Source: Octopus sinensis
Lineage: Eukaryota
Direction of reading: 5' to 3'
Assembly (NCBI RefSeq): GCF_006345805.1
Contig: NC_042997.1
Location: 40,238,001 to 40,302,000 of the forward strand
DNA length: 64,000 bases
Part shown: positions 13,130 through 27,350 of the stretch, in pieces
How positions within the stretch are numbered: position 1 is the stretch's first letter
Layout: each line of letters begins with the position of its first letter
Translations under genes and position numbers: made by a program
Notes under the pieces: model-generated
The model's input: the letters and a program-made list of their open reading frames with translations, nothing else
Told to the model about the DNA's origin: nothing
The model's database searches: none

Positions 13130-13352
13130 TCAAATGTATGTGATGTGCATTAGCTCACTCCCTCCATCAAGTCGATGTTGCCTGAACAGGTTCACGTCGT
13201 GCCACAAGTCAGATGTCGAAGTGATGGCAGAGCAGCGTGAGATGAAGTGTCTTGCTTAAGAACACAACGCACCACCCGGTCTAGGAATTGAAATTAGGAT
13301 CTCGCGATCGTGAGTGTAACACCCGAACCACTAGGATATGCGCCCTCGCACT
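13130..13352 (-). mobile_element. tRNA-derived SINE, minor family D, degraded
   Basis: tRNA-like head (CCTAGTGGTT...TTTCAATTCC) followed by TTCTTAAGCAAGACACTT core. Confidence 0.55.
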
Positions 13353-13989
13353 GTACATACACACACATACATACATACATACATATATACACACACTGAC
13401 TTTCTTTCTTTCTTTATTTATTTATTTATTTATTTCTCTCTCTCTCTTCTAACACGCACCTACACATATGACATATACATAACAGTAATAGTACAGCAAT
13501 GACATAATTATATACATAAAAAGTTTTTTTCTATCGAATTTAAGAAATCGTATAACAGTTTTCAATAGCAGCTAATCACTTACATGCAAGCTACGATTGT
13601 GTTAGTAGATGTAGGTTGGATATGTAATTGTTGCTGTAGCAATTACCAAATAGCTGTGAACGTGTTACTGTCAATTCACCTTTTTTTTCTGTATCCATAT
13701 ATCTTCTAGTAGTCGCCCACATATCTGTGTGTGTGACATTTGTCTGCGTGTGTACCTCGCAAGTGATTCACAAGACAACTCGTAATATTGAGTTCTATTG
13801 AGTATACGATCAAGTTATTGTGAAAGCTTGAAAAGATAATCTTGCGTGCATTTCATGGAAAGCAAGGCCATACGTAATCAAAATAGGAGGTGAACCAGCT
13901 TTGTTCTTGTTTTATTTTTGTTATTAGATTTACTAAGATAGCTACTAGCAATAACGGTGAAGATGCCATAGACAACTGTGCAAAACTTT

Positions 13990-14199
13990 TGTGGGGGTGC
14001 TGAAAAGCTTCTGACTTTGGATAAAAGAAAATACAGGAGGATTCGTTAATTATGATTTTATTCAACATATTCCCGTCTCGAATTCAGATACTTGTTGCAG
14101 TGATCCTTCGGTTTTTCTAAGCCCTGTAAGTAAAAGAATTCAGAAGTTTGGGCCTCCAACCAGACCTTAGAACCAGGAACTTTTCTGCATCCCCTCGCA
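13990..14199. mobile_element. Tc1/mariner-type MITE
   Basis: Imperfect TIRs GGGGTGCTGAAAAG...CTTTTCTGCATCCCC; homologous to 11321-11517. Confidence 0.7.
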
Positions 14200-15999
14200 T
14201 TGTTGAGGTTGTTCTCATAGTTATTGTAAACCCTATGCGAATTGATCGAATAGACCACTCATTTGCAGATAGCTGATTCAACGACTGGGAGCCAACCATA
14301 GATCTAGTGATACGCTATGCCACCTCTCAGCTGAAAACCATAGGGTCCGGTCCGATATCCTATGAAGAATCATAGGGTATATAGTATAGCGGTCTGAACA
14401 TATATTCCCTCCATCCGCCAGTGTATTACTGTGCACCAGTAGATTTTGATGGTATCCACACAGGAGGTGGGAAAGATAAACTCTGTCAGTGCGTGGCAGA
14501 TTTTATATCCTTTCTCTCGTCATTGAACCGTTTAGCAGTAGAGATAATTGATGTAGCTGCAAGGGAAAATGCATAATTGCTGAGTATCTTGGTTTGTTGA
14601 AACAAGCTCAAATCCTCCGCTTTGAATAAGTAAGTTGTTATTCCTGTTTAGTCACAAGCCAGTCCTGATCAAGTAGACGTTTGCGTATGATCAATTAACT
14701 TACCAGCCGTGACCATCCCATTTGTTTCCTTTGTGCAAAAACATGGGACCATACTAATCTGTGTGTTTCTTTCTAAGATGGCTAAGGGCTATTTCTCGCT
14801 GGTCTAATGACTGTTTGGCTTGAGAAAATAGTGATGCTAGGGTGGAGTGTTTTTGCGTTGTGTGTCAAGAGATTAGAAAGAATGGTCACCGAGTCTTTAA
14901 TAATATCAACGCTTCTGATATAACACCTGTACTTTGAAAGGAGACGAATAAACGCCATAGAGCTCGCAAATACAACCGTTTGTGTTCAACATTGATCATT
15001 CAAGATCAAGTAAACAAAACATTTGCCGGAAGAAAAGTGTAAGAAGAGAAGAACAAATAAACAAATTATCCAAGTTTGTCGTGGAAATTTATTATTTCTA
15101 TAATCTTTACTAGTTTACAGTTCAACAAGTGCATTTTAGAAAACGGTAAAGAGTAGTGCATCTAAGGGGTATCATAAAGTGTTTAAACTAATAGATATAA
15201 CAATTATAACAGCAATGTATTTCAATAATCTGATAAAAGCACTATGTGTGAATTTATTACATGGGCGTACTTGTACTTGTCCAGGTTCTCGGCTCTATCA
15301 GTGTTGGAGCATATTATTTTATAACGCTTCTCATCTCATTAGTTAAAATCACTCATAATAGTTTATCGATTTTATTTTAGGTTTTGCGGTGTAAAATTTT
15401 GGTTTTAGTAAACCCAATGTTTTTATGTATTTTAGCTTTTAGAATTTGTAATTTAAAAAATTTTTGCGTGATTTTCATATCTAAATATTTATTACAGCCA
15501 AATATTTCTAACTTCTAAAGCCCTCTTTTTAATTTTTGTTATGTAATAGATTTATTAAAGTGGTTTGCTATTAGTTCTTCATAAAGTAGATTGCTTTCTG
15601 TATACCGTTATCAACACAATGTTTAAAAAAATTTTAAAGAACAAATGTGAAAAACTAAAACTGAGAAAACCTATCCTGAAATATTTGGTACTTTTGTCGA
15701 TTAAAATGAAATAGAGTTAGTTTCATGGATGGAACATGGATACAATAAACTCAATGCATTAGAACCTTTAATTTCTGTACGGCTACCTGCCTAAGTTCAA
15801 ATATTATTTAAGTCCACCACATTTACCTGTCAGTGTCTGTAAAATAGCACTAATTATAAGAGAATCAATTCAATCAAAAGCTCATACCCCTACAAACAAC
15901 GGGCTTGCAAGTTAGATAAAGTTGCCTTATTAAGAAGAAAGAATTGAAAAATTTATTTTTGAATTACTGATCACCAGATGCATATTTGCTTTACATTTT

Positions 16000-16432
16000 G
16001 GTTTAAATTTCAGGGGAGGCGATAAGTCGGTTACATCGACCCCAGTGCTCAACTGTTACTTATTTTATCAACCCCGAAAAAGATGAAAGGCAAAGTCGAC
16101 CTCGGCGGAATTTGAACTCGTAACGTGAAAACGGACGAAATACCTATTTCTTTACTACCCACAAGGGGCTAAACATGGAGGGGACAAACAAGGACAGACA
16201 AACGGATTAAATCGATTATATCAACTCCAGTGCGTAACTGGTATTTAATTTATCGACCCCGAAAGGATGAAAAGCAAATTCGACCTCGGCGGAATTTGAA
16301 CTCAGAACGTAACGGCAGACGAAATACGGCTACGCATTTCGCCCGGCGTGCTAACGATTCTGCCAGCTCGCCGGACGAAATACCGCTAAGCATTTCTCCC
16401 GGCGTGCCATCGGTACTTCCAGATCGCCGCCT
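16000..16432 (-). mobile_element. Nested family B SINEs (B1 inserted in B2)
   Basis: 13-bp TSD CGGACGAAATACC at 16132-16144 and 16372-16384; host head and body lie on either side. Confidence 0.85.
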
Positions 16433-17469
16433 TGATCATTAGATACCGACCATTTTGCATAAGCTAACTACAACAGTACTGAATGCTAACTTCTGGTCTA
16501 GTCTGAGTGTATGGGATGGGGGTGGGGATGGAGTGGGGGGCAATCAATCACTAAATGGCTAAGATTATGAAAGAAAAATTGATTTAACTGCTTGTTGGAT
16601 ATATGTCCATATATGTCTCTGATTTGGTATGATAATCATTTCTTAGACGGGCACGAACAGTTAGAAGCAAAGAAAGCGTGAATAATAAGTTGTAAAGTTT
16701 TTCAAGTAAATTAGTCAAGCAAGTAATTTGGTTATACGTAACAACTGACTTAAATTTAAATTAATCGTGAACATAGTTCACTTGACACGCCATCGACTCA
16801 AGACAATATATTTGTTGCGAGGACTATAATAAATTTATTCGACTCCAGTGCATAAGTAGTACCTATTTTATCGTTCCCAGAAGGATGACAATGAAAGTCA
16901 ATTTGAGCAAGATTGAAATTTACATCAATGAAGATCGATAGCCGACCAAAACATTCATTGATATGAAGTTGTTATTTAGTCCCAGGTCAGACCTGATCAA
17001 GTAGTCCCAAGGCTGGCAAATGTGTTATGTGTCAGCCAAGATGAAGCAGTAAGGAATCGTTTATGATGGTCGGAACCTATCGTATGTTTGCCATTGTTTG
17101 TTTCTGTATGTCCATAGATTGTAGTAGTAACTACATCAGAGGCAGGCAAGGTGGACTCTGTCAGAGTATGACAGTTATCGATTCCCTTAATTCATTGTAG
17201 GCATTGTGCATCAATCACAATTCTGTTGGAAGCAATGAGACAATTAATGTCGCAGTTAATTCTATGTGTATATGCTTTCTATGCTTGATCAAAGCAAAAT
17301 AAGAGATATAGTGTTTCTCGGATGTTGTTGACGTAATGCTTTGGCTCATTTTATAAGAGTGTAAGTTTAAGGGTTGTTTTTCATGAAGTGAGTGGGACTG
17401 CTGGAGGCTAAAGCTTACTATAACTTCAAGATATTCATAATAAAAATGTATTATTTTGAATAGCTAAGC

Positions 17470-17885
17470 TGCCAGAATAGTTATTACTCCGAACAAAATA
17501 CTTAACGGTATTTCTTCAAAAGGCGGCAAGCTAGCAGAAACGTTAGCACGCCGGGCGAAATGCTTAGCGGTATTGCGTCTGCCGCTACGTTCTGAGTTCA
17601 AATTCCGCCGAGGTCGACTTTGCCTTTCATCCCTTCGGGGTCGATTAAATAAGTACCAGTTACGCACTGGGGTCGATAATCGACTTAATCCGTTTGTCTG
17701 TCCTTGTTTGTCCTCTCTGTGTTTAGCCCCTTGTGGGTAGTAAAGAAATAGGTATTTCTTCCGGCTTTGCACTCTGAGTTCAAATTCCAGCGAAGTCGAC
17801 TTTCGGGGTCAATAGAACAGGCACCAATCAAGCACTGGAGTCGTCGTATTCAACTAGACCCCTCCCTCTAAATTTCAGACCTTTT
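17470..17885 (+). mobile_element. Nested family B SINEs (B1 inserted in an older B2)
   Basis: 11-bp TSD GGTATTTCTTC at 17507-17517 and 17751-17761. Confidence 0.8.
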
Positions 17886-18853
17886 GCTTATTAGCAGAAA
17901 GAATTATTATCATGAATAGCCAACATGCCGGAATAAATGTCTTCTGATATTTAATTGCGATCCTTTCTTCTGAGTTCAAACCCAAATGTGGTATGACTAT
18001 GTATGTCATCTCTGAAGAATTGATGAAAGAAGACATTTTCCTGTTTCCTAAGAAGATTAAGTTTAAACAAATCTGTAGTCGTGATGTTATATTCCGATAA
18101 TGATGGTGTATGGTAGAATATATAGCTTTTATTTAGTGGCGTTTATGAGTCCCAAACACTCTTGTCTCACATTCTCTGGCTGCAATAGAATATCTATCAA
18201 CCATGTACTGTGGTGAATCACATGAGCACCACCTCTCCTCTTGCAGTTCTGAGTCAGTGTAAAAAAAAAAAAGACCAACTTTTAAGGGATCACTTGAATT
18301 GACTGTACTTTCTCCTCTGAGGTCCAATCTCTCTATAATAAAACCATTATTACTCGGAAAGAAATTGTTGTACTGTTAAAAGTACTACAGCTTCAGACTT
18401 AGTGACTTGCGGTATACAAATTTGTTTCTTTACATTGTGAGTCCATATTTTCTCCTTGGCGTCAGTAAGTAAGTTCCATTAACAACACGAACTTGTTGTA
18501 ATCGAGATTACACCATTCTTTTAAAGAGTGGCTTTGTAGCCATGGTTGTGTTATTAACACGTTTTCTTGCACTTACCTAGTTCCAGGTTCCAGCAGTTGC
18601 GCAAGTGTCTACTCTTATCATCTCGGATCGTTCAACAGTGTGTGAATGAAAGTTGTTCAAAGAAAACTAGCAGAAATCTTGTAGTACGCGCATGCACTCA
18701 CGACACACACACAAACACACACACATAACCATACACACACACGACCACACACGCACATCCACATGATGGTGATTCTTTAGTAATGTGTGTGTGTGGTAAC
18801 GAATACTGCGGTGGCGGCGAACGCTTTTCCATTAATATGTCCAGAGAAGACGG

Positions 18854-19045
18854 AGAGCTGGTAGAATCGTTAGCACGCCGGATTAAATGCTTAGCGGCAT
18901 TTCTTCTGGCTTTATCTCCTGAGTTCAAATTCCACCGGGGTCGATTTTGCCTTTCATCCTTTGGGGTTCGATAAATAAATACCAGTTGAGCAGGGTAGTC
19001 GATGTAATCAATTAACCTCCTCCCTAAAAAAATTTCGAGCCTTAA
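18854..19045 (+). mobile_element. SINE family B2
   Basis: Head and core similarity to 7242-7460. Confidence 0.75.
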
Positions 19046-19598
19046 AAGGTAGCTAAGGGCTTCTCTTGCACATTTTCTGCGTGCAGGTTTGTGTGTTATT
19101 TCTCTTTGTTCATCATATTACATGGATTGAAACAACCGACTATAGAATTCGTTACTTCTGACAAAAACAAAACAAGAACTAGAATGTTCGGCGCTAATGG
19201 GGTTTGTCATTTCATTTTTTGTTTCATTTGAAACAGAAGTGGAATTATTTTCAAGGAAAAAATTAGTATTCTATAAAGATGAGAGTTGTCAATCATGTTT
19301 AATAAAAAAGATATTCACCATACCAAAAGCATGCTCAAGCGAACATTTCGGTAGAAATAAAGGAAGAGATTGCTTTTAAGAGAAGATATGGCATAAATTT
19401 AAAGGAATTTAACGCAGATATGAGTTGGCCATATGTACAATCTGTATAATTTTGAGAGAGAGAAGGGGAGAGAGAGGGGGAGAGAGAGATAGAGAAGGAA
19501 AAAAGACCAAATAAAATCTGTATTTGTGAATAAAGATGCATCAGGCTTGATGACACTCGTGCCTCGCATGCTGAGTGATGTAAAATCTCACCTGTGAG

Positions 19599-20010
19599 AG
19601 GCGCAGGAGTGGCTTTGTGGTAAGTAGCTTGCTAACCAACCACATGGTTCCGGGTTCAGTCCCACTGCGTGGCACCTTGGGCGAGTGTCTTCTACTATAG
19701 CCTAGGGCCGACCAAAGCCTTGTGAGTGGATTTGGTAGACGGAAACTGAAAGAAGCCCGTCGTATATATGTATATATATGTATGTGCGTGTATGTTTGTG
19801 TGTCTGTGTTTGTCCCCCTAGCATTGCTTGACAACCGATGCTGGTGTGTTTATGTCCCCGTCACTTAGCGGTTCGGCAAAAGAGACCGATAGAATAAGTA
19901 CTGGGCTTACAAAGAATAAGTCCAGGGGTCGAGTTGCTCGATTAAAGGCGGTGCTCCAGCATGGCCGCAGTCGAAATGACTGAAACAAGAGAAAAGAGAA
20001 AAGAGAAAGA
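19599..20010 (+). mobile_element. SINE family A
   Basis: Full-length match to other copies. Confidence 0.9.
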
Positions 20011-20329
20011 GAGTGTGGCTGAGAGTAAAACAATTAGATGGAGATTGAATGAGGGAAGTATTTATATGTGCGAGTTCTAATCCTCTTTACGAGTTTGAGA
20101 AAGCTGCTGTCAGCACCTGCGCTGCAACGCAAGTGAATTTTAAATCCGGCAAGAGTTGGCATGATTTAAAAATCGTTCGATATTTCACAACGTCGTAAGG
20201 TATGATGAAGCTAACAAGTCAGAGAAAATCGCTACAGAAAATATTGTGCCAAGTTTTGTAAGCTTAAGAAGGCTAATTGTTTCTGATATGATCTTGGGGT
20301 GAGACTGGCTTCTTAGGAAAAATGTATAG

Positions 20330-20960
20330 GAAAATATACATCCCATAAGAGACCACACTATCTTGACATAATCCGATAAAGGTCAGACTAATATTCCTTT
20401 TCTGCGTCAATCTCCAGGGTACTTGATCATACAGAGTACCCCCAGAGCCTTGAAGAACATCAACAAGAACAGTTTCAGTGCTTAGTGGGTTTCCAATACG
20501 AAGAACTACTTGGCTACCAACAACTTATTACAGTTGGCTTACTAATGCGTTTGCTCAGACTGTATGTGACAATCTCACAGAGAGAATCTTCTAATGAAGG
20601 CTCTTTTTTTGTTAAAACCAATGCTGTTGTACACATTCCTAAGCTCTTGGACCAAATTCCATGGGAGTTTCATTTTATCACACTCCATTTCCTTTCTCTT
20701 GTACCATTCCTCTTCTACGTGTCGTAATAAGCAAGTGATAGTAAATTTTTAAAATGTGTATAAAAAGCATCTTTTCAGGGTCTACTTTAAAGCGGTTTCA
20801 TTTTCTAAATCGATATTGAAAAAGCTTTAGTAATTACTTTTCCATTGCAAAAGGTCAACATCCAAATGTGGAAGCACGAGGAGAGCTTCACCTTAATTAC
20901 TTGAACTCTTCTCTTAAAATATTTTGGTTTGATGTCTCTTCAGGAGGCTTTGAAATGTTC
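20330..20960 (-). pseudogene. Highly degenerate L2/CR1-like reverse transcriptase remnant
   Basis: Frame-shifted pieces QYRFRK, NETALK, LLSLAYYDT and QVVLRIGNPLSTETVLVDVLQGS resemble conserved RT motifs in the expected order; many stops. Confidence 0.3.
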
Positions 20961-22002
20961 AAGACTGAGCTGGACTTAGATGTGGACGAAGAGGACAGAA
21001 ATGATTTCACCACGAAGAGGACATAAATGATTTAACCACGAATCCTTGCTGTCAACTGGTCGTTGACAACCTGAGGGAGACTAAACGAGGAGAGAATGAA
21101 TCAATGTAACAACAGCCCTCTGAGGAGGAGAAAAACAGACATACCAGAAGCGCTGGAAAAAGCTTTGTCTTTGGTGTGAGCTCATATATTCTAAGAATGC
21201 ATCATCCTATCATAAGGTGTCGTGAGTCAGATCCAAAATATTTTTCTGATAGTGTTGCAATTCTTTTGAACTGTTCAGAAGTATAGGCAGTGGCAATAAC
21301 GGTCAGGATAACTTCTTTAAAATAATGAGTCAAAAGTCTTTTACACCTACGATTCTTTGCTTTAACACAAGATCATGTTATGGACAATGCTGTAGCACAC
21401 ACTCATATCCTGTTGGACCAATGCTATAATAGTTTCCTTTTATCACAATCAATTTCCTGTTTCTCTGTATCACTCCTCTGCAACGTGCTATAGGTAGTAA
21501 TTCTCTTGCAGAAGAAAGTAGTTCTAAGAGATTTAGAAAAGATAACTTCTCTTGCAAGAAGAAAGTAGTTCTAAGAGATTTAGAAAAGATAACTTCTCTT
21601 AATCTCAATAAATCCCTTCTCATCAGTCACTCTACTTCCCTTCACTTTGGCTAAACATCTTGCAAAATTCAAGTGAGGGATCGTAATTTTTCAATTAATA
21701 ATTTATTTTTAATTCCTAAAAATAGTTGATATGACTTTTAAATTTTAATTATGGTGCATGTGTATGTATGGAGGCATGTGATAAGTTCCTGTCTGAATTA
21801 TCTCCCTTCAATGATATTTGATAAACCGAAATGAAGAAAATATGACATATGCAGTTTGCACCTGACCGTAACTTTAATTAAATGGTAATTAATTTAAAAA
21901 AAATTTAATCAGTTACTTTTTCATTATACTTATTCATGGCATTTATCATGCAAATAGTACCAGTTTACTTTATAAATGTTTATTTTAATATCTCTAAGCT
22001 TT

Positions 22003-22228
22003 AAGGCGGTGAACTGGCAGAATCGTTAGCAGGCCAGGTAAAATACGTATCGGCATCTCATCCGTCTCTACGTTTTAATCTAAGTTCAAATGCCGCCGGA
22101 ATCGACTTTGGCTTTCATCTCTTTCGTGTCGATAAAATAAGTACCACTTAAGCATTAGGGTCGATTTAATCGACTTAGTCCCTCCGCCGTAATTGTTGGC
22201 CTGGAGCCAAAGTTTGAAGCCAATATCT
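22003..22228 (+). mobile_element. SINE family B2
   Basis: Head, core and GCCAAAGTTTGAAGCCAATAT tail. Confidence 0.75.
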
Positions 22229-23206
22229 GTAAGCTTTTATATATTCATGGGAGAGAGGTCTTTGAATTGGTCAATAGATTTATCTATTTTTCTTTCTATA
22301 TATTTATTCTTGCTGTTCATTATCATGTACTAAATGAGGTGGCTTTCCTACATAAATTTGCTTTTTGATTGATAATACGTATTTTATATATTTTTAAACC
22401 TATGTTTGTGGAGTGCACTTTCAGAATTAGTTGAATTTTGGAAGGAATTGTCCCTAAATATATATATGTCATGATGTGGTAACAAAGTGTTGTGATAAGA
22501 AATGATGTAATAGCGGTATTAAAAATTTTGAGCTCGACAGAGTTAAGCACGCTGAAATTTTGTAAAATGGGGATTAATATCAAAAGCATGGAGAGAGTTT
22601 CTCATTCTTTCTCTAAACGCTCTTTATGCACAAAAGTATGCATAACTCACCCATGAGATCGCTCCAGCATACCCATGAGGGTAAGGCATACATGAATTAG
22701 TGGAATTTCATTCCGGGTGACTAAGCTCAATGCAATGTCTGTCAACTTAATGAGAAATGGAACTGATTGTTACCAATTATTACAGGAGCAATGAATGCTT
22801 GGATTTGATTAATGGAAGTTAAGGCAGTGAAGTGAGATAATCGTTTGCGCGCCGAACATAATGCTTAGCAGCATTTTCCCCGGCTCTTTACGTTCTAGAT
22901 TCATATTCCGCCGAGGTCGACTCTGCCTCTCATCTTTACGGCTTCTATAATATAATTGTCCTAAATAATTATAGAGGGGTAGGTTACCATCAGAGAGGGG
23001 TAGGTTACCTCTCCCCCTGAATTTACTGGACTTGTGTAAAATTCGAAAGAGTTATTAGAATCTAGCAAAGTAGCAAAGTATTTCTTTTCTCTTCATAAGT
23101 ACATCATGTTATCGGCGATATAATGATAGAATTCGAAATGCTGACAATCGGGTTGGAAGGCTGGAAATTTTATGACAGTCAGATGTGAGTATTTTCATTT
23201 AATATA

Positions 23207-23442
23207 TATTTCTTTACTACCCTCAAGGGACTAAACACAGAGGGGACAAACAAGGACAGACAAATGGATTAAGTCGATTATATCGACCCCAGTGCGTAAC
23301 TGGTACTTAATTTAATCGACCCCGAAAGGATGAAAGGCAAAGTCGACCTCGGCGGAACTTGAACTCAGAACGTAACGGCAGACGAAATACGGCTACGCAT
23401 TTCACCCGGCGTGCTAATGTTTCTGCCAGCTCGCCGCCTTCT
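23207..23442 (-). mobile_element. SINE family B1, full length with TSD
   Basis: 15-bp TSD TTTTCATTTAATATA at 23192-23206 and 23443-23457. Confidence 0.9.
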
Positions 23443-24289
23443 TTTTCATTTAATATAACGATATAGTTGCTGTGGCTGCTTCAATACTCGTTGATAGAAA
23501 ACGTGCAGCATGAGAAATTATGACGATTCAATTAAGATTTTAAAGGAAGAAAAATTAACTATGAATATTGAATATCAACACATTTAATCTTAACACGTGT
23601 AGGCAGTTTCTGACGCAAAATATGCTAGATCTCATTGGCGAATGACTTCTCTCTTTTTACGACAATTGTGTATTCAATACACTCGTCTAATTGATGCACG
23701 TCATTGTGGGACGTCAGTGTTTCGTCAGCCAGAAGTATCCAGAATTTTGAGACTTGCCAAAGCCGATGTTTATGCCGACCGATAAAAATTAACAATTATT
23801 GTTTTAGCTTTTTTCTTGATTTGGATATTTTTCGCCCGTGAAAGAAATACGATGCAGATTATAGAATGCATATCTAAAAGAAAAAATCTTTGGAAACAAG
23901 ACTAAGAACCATAAAAATTCCTCCCAAGAACTTGAGCTAAAAAATGTGCTGCACACACAGCCAACCTCTCAACGTATAAAAACTATGTGTATTAAAGGTG
24001 GTGTTATAATGATGATGATGGTGATAGTGATGACTTTTCTAAACAAATGTATTTAGTAGAGATAAATAAAACTGTCAAACATAACTGCTGTTTCTAAACT
24101 GTTCAATAGTGAGATTATGTCGAAATTTGTATGATAACTGTTATATTTTGAATATTGTGGATTCTGGCCACGTTAGGGCCTCCCATATGCATTGTATCAT
24201 GTTATGTTTAGTGATTGTATTTATTTATGTTTAGAGATTATATGGGGGTATTTTTAGACGCTTGCATGTGTATAAATTTTAGGTGGTGA

Positions 24290-24560
24290 GTCAGTGGGTT
24301 GCCAGATGGAGAGTGTTATGCCTTCTGTTCTACCTGCTGGTTGGTCTGGGATATGGGGGAGGAATCTATCCAAATAACGTTTAAAATCTTCAACAGATGC
24401 CATCGCCATGTTCCCAATTTATTCAGGTGAAGAATAACGTAACTGTGGCAGAGAAGTACTGTTGTTGCATAATGCTTGGAACGCGTCCAATATTTTCCTC
24501 ATTCAAGTAATTTATACCTCAAGGACACTCCGGTTATTCCAGCATACATACGTTTCTGTA
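24290..24560 (-). mobile_element. CR1-type LINE 3' end remnant
   Basis: Translation ..SVEDFKRYLDRFLPHIPDQP resembles the C-terminus of CR1-group ORF2. Confidence 0.4.
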
Positions 24561-25632
24561 TTCACTGTTTGAATTGTTCCTAGGGTAGGAATTTAGCCTT
24601 TCCGTCTACTATCACGTGGAGGTGGCGACATTGCCGTATTTTAGCTGCTTTCTAGATTAACAGATACACAATCTGTCGTAAATCAGTGAATATTAGAAAA
24701 TGTGTCTAACTCTTCACCTGACCAGTCAAATATAATGAGACACAAATGCAATAACACTGCATTGTATACATAAGTATATATTCCATCGGAACAAAAATTT
24801 TGGAAAATGTTGCAACATCAGTAAAGCGGTTCAAAGATAGAAACTGAAAACAGATCTCAGATCTGACTTACTCATTATTTGCAATAAAAGCGTGTGATTA
24901 ACAAGTTCGTTTTGCAAACACATGGATCCAGGTTTGATCACACTGAGCGGTACTTTGCACAAGCATCTTCTACTTTAGGTGCTTGCTTGTGGGCAAAATT
25001 TGATGGAAGCTTTGCTGGAGCTTATCGCAGTTATATGTATGCATGTATGCATGTATGCGTGTGTGCGCACATGTGCTGTCAGTTTTGCATATTTTCTTTT
25101 GTTTTTATATTTAAACACTTTAAAATTTCAAAATTTCCTGATTTTTATCAGAATTTGTAGTGTTTCGTTTGTTCCCCTTTCCTATCACCGTAAGAAAGTG
25201 AATACGCTATACAAAATATGTCAAATGTAAAATTTTAATTTGTTTATTTCTAATATTATTCTATATGAATTCATTTTAACACGCGTTCCGATATGTGTGT
25301 GTGCGCGCGTGTGTGTGTGTATTGGCGTTGGATACCTTGCCGTAGTTTATCTTTGGATCATGCTAGTAGGGTGGAGAGGGTTTGTGAGGTACATTGGAAG
25401 TCTTATTGGACATAAAACTCTAGGTTGTGCAATCGCCGGCGAGGCGACAATCCGATACTCTGCCGCGTAGGAGGGAACTGCGGCGAGAATGGAGGCAGCA
25501 GGTGCGAACCCAGGTGAAGTCGACAGCTGGTGAAATGACCTCATGCATGGGCATTGCTGGTATTTTGCATGGGCGATGGTTAGTGATGGTCTTCCTCAGT
25601 CACGATTGGATAAGCATCTTCACAGACACACA

Positions 25633-25669
<37 letters not shown>

Positions 25670-25812
25670 CTATTCATAAAAATTTCAGGTTGCTTTCGCA
25701 TGATGTAGCATTTCTGTTCATATATAAAAACACGTCTGAAACAGCTGTAGTGAACCACAATCCATTCGTTGTTATTTATTTTTACATCCCTCCCTCTCTC
25801 TCTCTCTCTTTC

Positions 25813-25857
<45 letters not shown>

Positions 25858-26649
25858 ATCAAAAGGATGTGTTATAACACTTCCACATATACAAAACAGC
25901 CATACCAACAATCCAACAGACCTCCATCATCAGCTGCCCCACGGATATCATTATAGTTTCGGCACCTGGATAGTACCATTCAATCAGGCGGTGTCAACAA
26001 CATTAAAAAAGTTTTGCTTGGGAACAAACATAAAAAAAGCACAAGTTTCAAACACATTTGCCTTGTGTACAACAGTATTCAATCTAAATATATGCAGGAT
26101 TAAACCCTAACTTTAAAATTAAACTACAAGTAACACATAAATCTATGTACATCGGAATCGGCATTAATAGTAAACCTACAATAACTAAATTATATACTAA
26201 ATAGTGACCAATCTTTTAATGCATACAAATAATAATCCCACCAGTCTTCCATAGTTACTACTATAATAAAAGAAAGTGAAAGCTTTATTTCAATTTTCTC
26301 CAAAACGAAACACGATTGAATTTAATTTAACGAATGATATTATAATTATGAGGGAAATACATTATTTCATAATTCAAAAGTTAATCATAAAAACACTAAA
26401 TACTCTTAATATATATTATTCTTACAAGCTATAATGTAAACTTACCAATAGAAACATTAATAGAAACATTAAATTTATTAAATAAGAACCATTAAAAGTA
26501 TACTTGTAATTAACTATTATTATAAAGCTCTGCTACGACTAATGCTAAATTAAAACAGTTTATAAGATAATAAAACTACAAAGATTTAACACTTACCTGG
26601 TTTTTTCAAACCACATGGTTCCATCACTTCTAGAACTTAAAAGGTTAAC

Positions 26650-26812
26650 TTGAATGATAAACATTCCATATCTTTACAAATATTTGCTGAGTCGAAGACG
26701 GGATGATACCCCATATTTATTTAAAATTTCAAGTCTCCCAACTGAACAGCGATTAAAAGTTTTAGCCAATTTACCATATCTATACCCTTGTTTTATTAAA
26801 TTACTTATATAT
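26650..26812 (-). mobile_element. PLE-like RT C-terminal remnant
   Basis: Translation LIKQGYRYGKLAKTFNR..EILNKYGV resembles the C-terminus of PLE-type RTs; abuts (TA)n. Confidence 0.4.
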
Positions 26813-26826
26813 ACCCACATATGCAA

Positions 26827-26923
<97 letters not shown>

Positions 26924-26933
26924 TATATATAAT

Positions 26934-26965
<32 letters not shown>

Positions 26966-26978
26966 ATATAATATATAT

Positions 26979-27350
26979 AGGCGCAGGAGTGGTTGTGTGG
27001 TAAATAGCTTGCTTACGAACCACATGGTTCCGGGTTCAGTCCCACTGCGTGGCACCTTGGGCAAGTGTCTTCTGCTATAGCCCCGGGCCGACCAATGCCT
27101 GTGAGTGGATTTGGTAGACGGAAACTGAAAGAAGCCTGTCGTATATTTGTATATATATATATGTATGTGTGTGCTTGACAACCGATGCTGGCGTGTTTAC
27201 GTCCCCGTCACTTAGCGGTTCGGCAAAAGAACGATAGAATAAGTACTGGGCTTACAAAGAATAAGTCCCGGGGTTGATTTGCTCGACTAAAGGCGGTGCT
27301 CCAGCATGGCCGCAGTCAAATGACTGAAACAAGTAAAAGAGTAAGAGAGA
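26979..27350 (+). mobile_element. SINE family A
   Basis: Match to other copies with a small internal deletion. Confidence 0.9.

Noticed and set aside
13928-13990. Good splice acceptor followed by FTKIATSNNGEDAIDNCAKL
   Set aside because: It runs into a mariner MITE after ~20 codons, with no donor and no recognisable homology.
19237-19350. Open 114-nt exon-like segment with CxxC (VELFSRKK..ESCQSC..ACSSEHFG)
   Set aside because: The donor is weak (GTAGAA), there is no recognisable domain, and no partner exons were found.
26596-26630. Minus-strand 33-nt exon candidate ending CAG|GTAAGT
   Set aside because: It lies directly after a PLE-like RT remnant and is more simply explained as element 3' sequence.
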